Below are positions 11,914-19,813 of a stretch of 64,000 nucleotides of DNA, one piece after another. Source of the DNA: an uncultured delta proteobacterium (lineage in GTDB: Bacteria; Myxococcota_A; Polyangia; Fen-1088). The stretch's first letter is position 1, and every line of letters begins with the position of its first letter. The stretch spans positions 96,001-160,000 of the forward strand of contig CAVYGB010000013.1 of NCBI GenBank assembly GCA_963767925.1, written 5' to 3'. A program made the position numbers and the translations under genes. The notes under the pieces were generated by a model. It worked only from the letters and a program-made list of their open reading frames with translations. It did no database searches and was not told the DNA's origin.

Positions 11914-12135
11914 GTGAGAGCAGTTTATATCAGAGCCTCCAATCGAGGCGCGCCCTGACGCAGAGGGTTGCATACCAGGGGGGAGATACCCGAAAAACGC
12001 GCTTCAAGGCACCATCGCCAAGAGTCGATGACAGGCTCCGACGAGGGGTTTCTCCGGGAGGCGAGGCCTGCCCCGAGGAAGCGGCAGAGGGGGTTTCGAG
12101 TCTGGTAGGTTACGCTCCGAGCACGGTGCACGACG

Positions 12136-13332
12136 ATGACCGAGGCAGCGACGGTCCTGATAGTGGACGACGACCCGCTCGTGCGGGCGACGTTCGTCCG
12201 CATCCTGCAGCTCGGCGGCTTCCGGACGCGTGAGGCCGGCGATGGCCGGCAGGGGCTGGAAGAGTTCCGGCGACAGCGGCCCGACGCCGTGCTGCTCGAC
12301 CTGCGCATGCCCGGCATGGACGGGCTCGACGTCCTCAGCGCCATCGTCGAGGAAGCGCCCGAGGCCCCGGTGCTCGTTGTATCGGGCGCGGGCACGATGC
12401 GGGACGCGGTCGAGGCGCTCCGCCGGGGCGCCTGGGACTTCGTCGTCAAGCCGATGTACGATCCCGAGCTGCTGGTCCGCTCCTTCGAGCGCGCGCTCGA
12501 GAAGGCCAGCCTCAAGCGCCAGAACCAGGAGTACCGGCGCCACCTCGAGGAGGCCAACCAGATCCTGGCCCGCGCGCTGTCCGAGCTGCGGGCCGATCAG
12601 CACGGCGCGCGGCTGCTGCAGTTCCAGCTCTTGCCGCGCGACGGGCTCGTGCTCGGGGACCACCGCCTCTCGCGCCGCATCTTCCCCTCGCAGGTGCTGA
12701 GCGGCGACTTCGTCGACTACTTCATGCTGGCCGACGGCATGGCGGGCTTTTACGTGGCGGACGTGTCGGGTCACGGCGCTGCCTCCGCCTTCGTGACCGC
12801 GATCCTCACGACGCTCGTCGGAAAATATCGGCAGGCGCTGTCCCTTTCCGGTGACGAGACGGTGCTGCATCCCGGCCGGTTGCTCGAACGGCTGGACCGG
12901 GATCTGTCGGTGCTACCGCTCGATAAACACGTGACTATGTTCTACGGCGTGCTGGATCTGGAACACGGCCGCCTGCGCTACGCCAACGCGGGACTCTTCC
13001 CTTTCCCCCTGGTGCGGGTGGGATCCAGCGCACGTGTCCTCGAGTGTCCAGGTCGTCCCCTCGCCCTGCCTGGACCGGACGGTGGCCGAACGACGTCGGC
13101 GGGTGAGCTGGCCTTTGCCGCGGATGCGCGCATGCTGGTCGGGACCGACGGTCTCCTCGAGATAGGGACAGAGGGCTCGCAGCGCGAGAAGTGGGAGCAC
13201 GTGCGCCAGGCCTTCGAGAAGAGCGACGACGTCGAGACGTTGATCGCCCATCTCGGACTGGACGGCAAAGCGGCTCTGCGCGACGATGTGGCGGTCCTTT
13301 ATCTGGGCGGTACGGAGGTGTCACATGGCTGA
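12136..13332 (+). CDS. Response regulator with SpoIIE/PP2C phosphatase domain (RssB-like)
   Basis: REC domain (IVDDD, LLDLRMPGMDG, KP), coiled coil, SGDFVDYF, ADVSGHG, TDG, DDVAV. Confidence 0.88.
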   Translation: MTEAATVLIVDDDPLVRATFVRILQLGGFRTREAGDGRQGLEEFRRQRPDAVLLDLRMPGMDGLDVLSAIVEEAPEAPVLVVSGAGTMRDAVEALRRGAWDFVVKPMYDPELLVRSFERALEKASLKRQNQEYRRHLEEANQILARALSELRADQHGARLLQFQLLPRDGLVLGDHRLSRRIFPSQVLSGDFVDYFMLADGMAGFYVADVSGHGAASAFVTAILTTLVGKYRQALSLSGDETVLHPGRLLERLDRDLSVLPLDKHVTMFYGVLDLEHGRLRYANAGLFPFPLVRVGSSARVLECPGRPLALPGPDGGRTTSAGELAFAADARMLVGTDGLLEIGTEGSQREKWEHVRQAFEKSDDVETLIAHLGLDGKAALRDDVAVLYLGGTEVSHG

Positions 13333-13825
13333 GGGGCGAGTGACGTATGCACAGGAGGACAGGTGGCACGTTCTGCGCTACTTCGGCCGGGTCGACTACA
13401 CCATCGCGCCCGCCATAGACAGCTTCGTGCATCGCCTGTTCGAAGACGGCGGCGTGCGCCCCTTCCTGTTCGACCTGCGTGAGGCCCGCCTGATCGACAG
13501 CACCAACCTGGGCCTGTTCGCCCGCATCGCCGATCGCGTGCGGCGGGGCGAGGGCGGCCGCAGCGCCATCGTCTCGTCGGCGAACGACATCAACGACGTC
13601 CTCGCCAGCATGGGCTTCGAGGAGATCTTCGACATCCGGGCCGACCTGCCCTACGCCCCCCGGGCCGACAACGAGGAGCTCGTCACCGGAGAGTCCCCCT
13701 CCCACGGCGAGCTCCTGCGCACCATGCTCGACGCCCACAAGACCCTCGTGACCCTCAACGAGGGCGACCGCCAGCGCTTCCAGGACGTGGTCAGCATGCT
13801 GGAAGCCGAGATGCGCGGGCGATAG
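13325..13825 (+). CDS. STAS-domain anti-sigma-factor antagonist (RssC-like)
   Basis: DLREARLIDSTNLG STAS motif; C-terminal MLDAHKTLVTLNE; overlaps the upstream gene. Confidence 0.85.
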   Translation: MAEGRVTYAQEDRWHVLRYFGRVDYTIAPAIDSFVHRLFEDGGVRPFLFDLREARLIDSTNLGLFARIADRVRRGEGGRSAIVSSANDINDVLASMGFEEIFDIRADLPYAPRADNEELVTGESPSHGELLRTMLDAHKTLVTLNEGDRQRFQDVVSMLEAEMRGR

Positions 13826-13885
13826 CGGCCGGGGAGCCCGACCTCCGAACGCTGCAAGTGAGGCTCCGCCTCGAACCGCGCCCCG

Positions 13886-15922
13886 CTACGGGGTGGGGCG
13901 GGCGGCGGCGGTGGTGGTGGCTTCGGCCATGCGGACGCGGCGCTTGAGCATGATCACGTTGGGGGAGTCGGACTTGCCGTTGTTGCCGACCGGGTCGCCC
14001 TCGCGGTCCCGGAACTCGACGTAATATTGCATGGCCTTGCCGGCGACCTTGTCGCCCGGGATGACCGCCACGTACCAGCCCTTGCGCGATCGCTCCATGC
14101 CGAGCGAGTTGAAGTGGGTCGAGCCGCTGGGGCGGTAATACAGCGCCGCCGTCGTCGCCTTGACCTGGCCCTGGGGCACGCAGTGGACGTAGATGTCGAG
14201 GCCGAGCTGGGCCTCGTCGGGCACCGCGCAGTGGACCGGCTCGGGGATGCTGGCGGGCAGGTCGGGCCCTTCGGCCAGCTTCTCCCGCGCCTGCTTCTCC
14301 TTCTCGAGCTGCTCCTTCTGCTCGTTGACCCGCGTCTCGGCCTGGCGCCGTTCGCCCTCGAGCTTCTCCTTGAGCTCGCGCTCCTTCTGCTCGCGCTCGG
14401 CCGCCTCGGCGAGCTGCTTGGCCATCGCCTTTTGCCCGTCGAGCTTGTCCTTCTGGACCTGCTCGCGCTCGTCGCGCGCCTTCTTCTCGCGGCCCAGCGC
14501 CTCGCTCAGCTTCTGGGCCAGCTCGGCCTTCTCCTTGTGCTCCTTGGCGATCGCCTCGTTGAGCTTCTTGGTGAACCCGGCCTTCTCCAGCTCCAGCTTC
14601 TCGCGGAGGGCCTTCTCCTTCTTCTCCCGGGCCTCCGCCTCGGCGAGCTGCTTTTGCAGCGACCTCTCGCTCTCGGCGAACTGCTTGCTGAGGTGGCGCT
14701 CGCTCTCGAGCTTGGCCTTCTGGAGGGCCTCGTTGCCCTCGCTGATGTTCTCCTTGGCCTCGCGCTCGCGCTGCTCGCGGGTCTTCGTCTCGGCGAGCTG
14801 CTGCTGCAGCCCCGCCTTCTCCTTCTGCAAGCGCTCGCGGGCGGCGATCTCTTCCTTGGCCTTCTCCTCGCTGTCGGCCAGCCGCTCCTTGAGGGTCTCC
14901 GCCTCCTGGCGCGCCTCCTCCAGCTTGGCCTTGGCCTCTCTCTCGCGCGACTGGGACACGTCGGCCAGGACCTTGTCGAGCTCGGTCTTCTGCTGCTGCG
15001 CCTTCTTGGCCGCGAGGGCCGCGTCGCGCGCCGCCTTCTCCTCCTCGAGCGCCGCCTCACGCGCGGCCTTGGCCTGGGCCAGAGCCGCCACCTTGGCCGC
15101 CTGCTTGGCCTCGATGGCCGCCTTCGCTTCGGCGATGGCGGCCGCCTTCTCCGCCTTCTTCTCGGCGATGGCCGCGCGCCTGGCCGCCGCCGCCTCGCGC
15201 CGGGCAGCCAGCTTCTCGGCCCGCAGGCGCGCCTTGCGCTGGGCCCGGGTCTCGCGCTTGGCCGGCTTGCTGACGGCAGCCCGGGCCTTCGCCGCCGCCG
15301 CCGCGATCTCCGGCTGCCCGTCGGCGGGTCCGCTGGCGCCGGCCGCCGCCTCCGCCTTCTCGCGGGCCGCGGCTACCTCGGCGGCCTGTTTGGCCTCTGC
15401 CTTGGCGGTTTCGGCGGCGTCCTCCTTGGCAGCGGTCTCCTCGGCCTGCGCCGCCGCCGCCCAGGCCTTCTCTTCCTTCTCCCGCTCGACCTTGACCTGG
15501 GCGCGCGCCCGATCGAACACCCGGTTCGCCGCCGCGGTGGCGAGGTTGGAGCTCAGCTTCGCGTCGGGCTGCATGCGCAGCGCGAGGGTGAAGTAGCGGA
15601 CCCCCTTCTCCTCGTCCTTGAGGCCCTCGACGTGGATCAGGCCGAGCTGGACGTAGCTGCGCGCCACCGAGGGGTGCGCGTTGAGGCCGCTCTGCTTGCT
15701 GAGCACGACGGCCTGCAGGAGCAGCGTCTTGGCCTTCTGATTTTCACCGGCGTCGTACGCCGCGGTGGCAGCGGCGTTGATGGCGTCGATGCGCTTGACC
15801 ACCGCCGGGTCGGCGGCGGCGGTGGCGGGGCTGGGTTGAATGACAGTAGTGAGGAAGAGCCCCACGACGATAGAAACCGCAAGGGGCTGGGCAACGCGGC
15901 GGGCGCGCATCGGCGTCTCCAT
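13886..15922 (-). CDS. Exported protein: TPR-like N-domain, long Ala/Glu/Lys coiled coil, Ig-like C-domain
   Basis: Signal peptide, helical domain, roughly 400+ aa A/E/K/Q/R-rich segment, C-terminal LYYR...YYVE beta domain. Confidence 0.75.
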   Translation of the reverse strand: METPMRARRVAQPLAVSIVVGLFLTTVIQPSPATAAADPAVVKRIDAINAAATAAYDAGENQKAKTLLLQAVVLSKQSGLNAHPSVARSYVQLGLIHVEGLKDEEKGVRYFTLALRMQPDAKLSSNLATAAANRVFDRARAQVKVEREKEEKAWAAAAQAEETAAKEDAAETAKAEAKQAAEVAAAREKAEAAAGASGPADGQPEIAAAAAKARAAVSKPAKRETRAQRKARLRAEKLAARREAAAARRAAIAEKKAEKAAAIAEAKAAIEAKQAAKVAALAQAKAAREAALEEEKAARDAALAAKKAQQQKTELDKVLADVSQSREREAKAKLEEARQEAETLKERLADSEEKAKEEIAARERLQKEKAGLQQQLAETKTREQREREAKENISEGNEALQKAKLESERHLSKQFAESERSLQKQLAEAEAREKKEKALREKLELEKAGFTKKLNEAIAKEHKEKAELAQKLSEALGREKKARDEREQVQKDKLDGQKAMAKQLAEAAEREQKERELKEKLEGERRQAETRVNEQKEQLEKEKQAREKLAEGPDLPASIPEPVHCAVPDEAQLGLDIYVHCVPQGQVKATTAALYYRPSGSTHFNSLGMERSRKGWYVAVIPGDKVAGKAMQYYVEFRDREGDPVGNNGKSDSPNVIMLKRRVRMAEATTTAAARPTP

Positions 15923-16156
15923 GGCTGGGGGCCTATCGTTCCAGAATCCTCGAGATATATCCCGCCCCGGCCCTCGCGGGTAGGCGCAAAACGGCTGCAG
16001 GGCGCGGCGCAAATCCACGCCTGGGACGTCGCGTGAGCCGGATCCTACCGGGATTGTTCTCGTTATTGCCCCTGGCTGGGTTTCCCCTGATCGGGGGTCC
16101 TGCCCCGGATCGCTTTTGCTGGACAGGGCGCCCGCTCCTGCGCGAGGACGGAGAGC

Positions 16157-17479
16157 ATGTCCAGGCAGTTCGGACGCAGAGATGTCGGGCGAGGGTTGGC
16201 CGCCGGCGGCGTCGCCGCGCTCTCCACCGCCCTCGGTAGCCGCCGGGTCCTCGGGGCCAACGAACGGATCGGGCTGGGGGTCATCGGCTGCGGCAACCGC
16301 GGCGCCCCGGTCTGGAGCAAGTTCCTGAGCCAGCCCAACGTCGACCCGGTCGCGGTGTGCGACGTCTACCAGCCCTTCGTCGACAAAGGGCGCGAGCTGG
16401 GCGGCGGCCGCCCGAAGGCCTACCAGGACTTCCGCAAGCTGCTCGAGGACAAGGACGTCGACGCCGTCCTCATCGCCACCCCCGACCACTGGCACGCCCT
16501 GCAGGCGGTGGCCGCCTGTCAGGCCGGCAAGGACGTCTACGTGGAGAAGCCGCTGTCCCTGTTCGTGAAGGAGGGCGCGGCCATGGTGGCGGCGGCTCGC
16601 CGGCACAAGCGGGTGGTCCAGACCGGCAGCCAGCAGCGCTCGGGCGCCCACTATGCGCGGGCGATCGAGCTGATCCGCCAGGGCTACATCGGCGCCGTCC
16701 ACCAGGTCAGCGTGGGCTTTTCCCGCAACGTGGGACCGGGGTTCAAGGCCAAGGACCTCCCGGTCGACGCCAGCAACCTCGACTGGGACATGTGGCTGGG
16801 ACCGGCCCCCAAGGTGCCCTTCGATCCCTTCCGCTGCCTCTACAACTTCCGCTGGTTCTGGGACTACTCGGGCGGGCAGATGACGAACTTCGGCGCCCAC
16901 CACCTGGACATCGTGCGCTGGGCCCTCGGCGCCCGCGCGCCGCTGGCGGTGGGTGGGTACGGCGGCCGCTACGCGGTCAAGGACGGGGGCGAGACCCCCG
17001 ACGTGCAGGAGGTCGTCTACCAGTTCCCCAACTGCGTGGTGACCTGGTCGGCCCGCGAGATCAACCGGGGCGAGCGCCCGTTCGACATCGAGTTCCACGG
17101 CACGCTCGCCACCCTGGGGATCACGCGCGGTGGGTTCAAGGTGATCCCCGAGTCGCGCAGCGCCGGCCGCAACGCCGCCGCCTTGCAGATCGAGAGCGGC
17201 AGCGCCGCGGTGGCCCCCCGCGAGGAGAAGGGCGCCGACCTCGACGGGCCGCACATCGCCAGCTTCCTCGAATGCATCAGGAGCCGGGCCCGCCCCACCG
17301 CCGACGTCGAGGAGGGCCACCTCAGCGCCACCATGTGCCACCTCGGCAACGCCGCCACCCGGCTCGGTCGCAGCCTGCGCTGGGACGCCGACAAGGAGCA
17401 GGTCATCGGCGACCCCGCCGCCAACCGCTGGCTGGCCCGCCCCTACCGCAAGCCCTGGTCCCTCAGCGCGCTGACCTAG
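16157..17479 (+). CDS. Gfo/Idh/MocA oxidoreductase with Tat signal
   Basis: GVIGCGNRG, IATPDHWH, DVYVEKP, QTGSQQRS, WDMWLGPAP. Confidence 0.92.
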   Translation: MSRQFGRRDVGRGLAAGGVAALSTALGSRRVLGANERIGLGVIGCGNRGAPVWSKFLSQPNVDPVAVCDVYQPFVDKGRELGGGRPKAYQDFRKLLEDKDVDAVLIATPDHWHALQAVAACQAGKDVYVEKPLSLFVKEGAAMVAAARRHKRVVQTGSQQRSGAHYARAIELIRQGYIGAVHQVSVGFSRNVGPGFKAKDLPVDASNLDWDMWLGPAPKVPFDPFRCLYNFRWFWDYSGGQMTNFGAHHLDIVRWALGARAPLAVGGYGGRYAVKDGGETPDVQEVVYQFPNCVVTWSAREINRGERPFDIEFHGTLATLGITRGGFKVIPESRSAGRNAAALQIESGSAAVAPREEKGADLDGPHIASFLECIRSRARPTADVEEGHLSATMCHLGNAATRLGRSLRWDADKEQVIGDPAANRWLARPYRKPWSLSALT

Positions 17480-17591
17480 CTGGTTGCTTCGCCCGACTGC
17501 ACCTGCAGCGGGTTGCCTTCCATTTGATGAGGGAATCGCGGACGAAGCGGCATCCCCAAACTCGAGGAGGGCGAGCGGGCGGCCGGGCGGC

Positions 17592-17669
17592 TCAGGCGGC
17601 GAGGGGGAGGCGCAGCACCACGGCGGTGCCCGGGTGGGCGGCGGTGACGCTGAGGCGGCCGCCGATCTC
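17592..17669 (-). pseudogene. C-terminal remnant of a sensor histidine kinase (HATPase_c end)
   Basis: EIGGRLSVTAAHPGTAVVLRLPLAA* in host-like codon usage, with no upstream kinase sequence. Confidence 0.55.
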
Positions 17670-17717
17670 TCCTTCGGTCGGTCGCATGACCGCCGCTGAA
17701 CGGCAAGGTTGTTCGGC
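17670..17717 (+). other. Half attC site (L' and R' only)
   Basis: cgccgctgaacggcaaggttGTTCGGC shares cgccgctgaacggca with the right arm of the intact attC; left arm absent. Confidence 0.6.
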
Positions 17718-17740
17718 AGACGACGCGGGAACGACGTTCG

Positions 17741-18382
17741 ATGGACTCACACACCGGCAGGGCTCGGACGTTCCTGGCGAAGCTGAAGACGTGGGCCAAT
17801 GAGAGGGATGACGTGCGGGCCCTGTTGCTCGTCGGATCGTTCGCGCGGAGCGAGGCCCGACCGGATTCCGACGTGGACATCGTCCTGCTGACGGACGGTC
17901 AATGCGCCTACCTCGACGACACCAACTGGGTGTCGGTCTTCGGTCAAGTTGACAGGGTTGAGGTGGAACCGTACGGACGAGTAACGTCGGTTCGGGCGTT
18001 CTATTCTGAGGGGCTTGAGGTTGAATTCGCGGTCGCGCCCGCGGACTGGGCCACGAGACCACTCGACCCGGGAACAGAGGCGGTGGTTCGTGGTGGGATC
18101 GTCGTTCTTCTGGATCGGGACGGCGACGCCCAAGATCTCGCGGGCAGACGAGCGCTGCGTCGCGGCTTCGGTGGTAGACTGAAGACCATGGTCCTGGCGA
18201 TCGACCTCGGTGATGCAGAAGCTCAGCGGCTCCGTGAGGCAGCGGCTCGTCTCGGTGTTGCGCCGGAGGAACTCGCGCGGGCCCTCGTGACCGATCACCT
18301 GGCCAAGCCTGCGACTGACTTCGACGCAGCGGCATCCTTCGTCCTCGACAAGAACGCTGAGCTCTATCGCCGACTCGGCTGA
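17741..18382 (+). CDS. Pol-beta-type nucleotidyltransferase (first ~133 aa) fused in frame to a TA antitoxin
   Basis: LLVGSFARSEARPDSDVDIV (GS...DxD) motif; begins 24 nt after R'; no stop before the antitoxin. Confidence 0.7.
   Translation: MDSHTGRARTFLAKLKTWANERDDVRALLLVGSFARSEARPDSDVDIVLLTDGQCAYLDDTNWVSVFGQVDRVEVEPYGRVTSVRAFYSEGLEVEFAVAPADWATRPLDPGTEAVVRGGIVVLLDRDGDAQDLAGRRALRRGFGGRLKTMVLAIDLGDAEAQRLREAAARLGVAPEELARALVTDHLAKPATDFDAAASFVLDKNAELYRRLG
18188..18382 (+). CDS. Small DNA-binding antitoxin of Fic/Doc-type TA modules
   Basis: MVLAIDLGDAEAQRLREAAARLGVAPEELARA...VLDKNAELYRRLG; TGATG coupling to a Doc-like start; TAGACT -10-like box upstream. Confidence 0.7.
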   Translation: MVLAIDLGDAEAQRLREAAARLGVAPEELARALVTDHLAKPATDFDAAASFVLDKNAELYRRLG

Positions 18383-18420
18383 TGCGTTACCTGCGCCTCG
18401 GCGAAGTCCTGCTGCTGCAC
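18382..18420 (+). pseudogene. Doc/Fic toxin N-terminal stub
   Basis: MRYLRLGEVLLLH resembles Doc N-termini; no Fic HxFxxGNxR motif follows. Confidence 0.55.
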
Positions 18421-18728
18421 GCGACCACGGTGGCCTGGTCACTCTCGTCGAAACGCGAAACAAGAGCGGCCCCGCCGGCAGCTTCTGGATACATCCCGCC
18501 GACTGGAAGGCGATCGAACGGGCGGCCACGCGTCTTGGCAGTCGCGTGGTTGGTACCTTTCACTCGCATCTGGCGTCCGACCCAAACCCCGGGAACGGGG
18601 ACATTCGTGGGGCCGTTCAGGGGCACGCGATGGTCATCGTGGATGCCCCGACCGGAGAACTCCGTGCCTGGCGCATCCGAAAGGGCCGAGCGTATCGCCT
18701 TCGCCATCAGTTCTACGAGAGTGGCTAA
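18420..18728 (+). pseudogene. JAB/MPN (M67) metallopeptidase lacking its N-terminus
   Basis: RDHGGLVTLVETRNKS...VVGTFHSHLASDPNPGNGD (JAMM-like HxH...D); no start codon; TAA stop lies inside attC R''. Confidence 0.65.
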
Positions 18729-18807
18729 CGGCCGTTGCAGCGGACGGGCGCGTTGGTCGCCCTGCGGGCTCCTCTCGCGCTCGCCGCTGAACGGCAGATC
18801 GTTGGGC
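18723..18807 (+). other. Integron attC site (85 bp)
   Basis: R'' GGCTAAC ... R' GTTGGGC; arms ccgttGcagcgg/ccgctgaacgg with extrahelical G and Acgggcgcg/cgcgctcg with extrahelical A. Confidence 0.85.
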
Positions 18808-18883
18808 AGCTTGAACGCGGGTTTGATCCTTTGAACAGAAATAAGAGGGACAACCCAGCCGCCGTTCTTTCGGTGCTCGCGAA

Positions 18884-19730
18884 CTAGGGGAGGACCGGGA
18901 GCGTCGGAGCGGAATGAGCGCGCGCCTTCCGGGCGGCGACCTTGGCGGCGATGTGCTCGCGGCCGTAGTCCTGTTCGGCAGCGTGGAGGTTGTGGGCCCT
19001 GCAGCGGAGAGCAAGGTTCGCGGCCGTTGGCGGCCCGCCCAAAGCGAAGGGGTGAAGGTGGTGAACCTGGAGTTGGTGGCGGGAGGTGCAGCGGTGGCCG
19101 GCGCTGCCGATGAACGCGCACTGACCTCCGTCGCGCCGCCATACCTCATCGCGTACGGTTGCGTGGACGTAGCGGCTGCCCGGTGGAGGCATGCTTGGGG
19201 AGGCCTTCTTGCCCGTGCCGCGGCGCCGCCGGTCTGCGTTCGCCAGGATCGCACGGAGCCCCTCGTGCAGAACCTCCGCCAGCTCTCCGCCAGGCAGCTT
19301 GTGAGACAGAGCCCGCCGAGCCGCCTCCAGGTTCGCGACGAACTCGGCGCTCACCGTCACCCGCAGGACGTGTTGCTCCGGGGCAATCGGGTGCAGCCGT
19401 GCTGCCGGCGGGCGAGCGACCTGAACCGCAGTAGCCGGCGCCGGGACTGGCGGCGGCAAGAAGGCCGGCGGGGACGCGAGCGCCGCGTTCGGGCCCTTCG
19501 TTGCAGCCGGTGCCGGGCCGGAACCAGTCGAATAATTCCGGGGACTTGGCAGCCTGCGCAGCAGGTCGGCGGGGGCGGGCTGCGGCCGCAGGCTGGCCAC
19601 GAGCTCCTTGACTTGGTCTTCCGTTCGCCCGGCAGCACGATCGAGGATTTCGACGACATGTGCTTCGTCGAGCACGTCACGGAGCTCGACGAGGGTCGTG
19701 AGGTTCAGTCGCCCATTGGCCAGATAGTCG
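18884..19730 (-). pseudogene. HNH endonuclease (DUF222-like mobile type), N-terminus lost at the IS66 boundary
   Basis: VWRRDGGQC...C...HHLHPFALGG...NLALRCRAHN; the N-terminal 13 aa of the track ORF come from IS66 sequence. Confidence 0.8.
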
Positions 19731-19813
19731 GTACCCGCTGCACGGACCCCGTGCTTCCAGCCTGACGGCATCAGAGCCAGATTGATGGGGTGACGAACAC
19801 GAGCGCGAAAGGG

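Noticed and set aside
17741..18728. CBASS-like system (nucleotidyltransferase plus JAB)
   Set aside because: The NTase is a small Pol-beta/MNT type, not a CD-NTase; no E1/E2 or effector; the pieces are better explained as cassette remnants
18834..18840. AACAGAA (alphaproteobacterial tmRNA pseudoknot signature)
   Set aside because: A 7-mer with no surrounding tmRNA structure or tag frame; chance match
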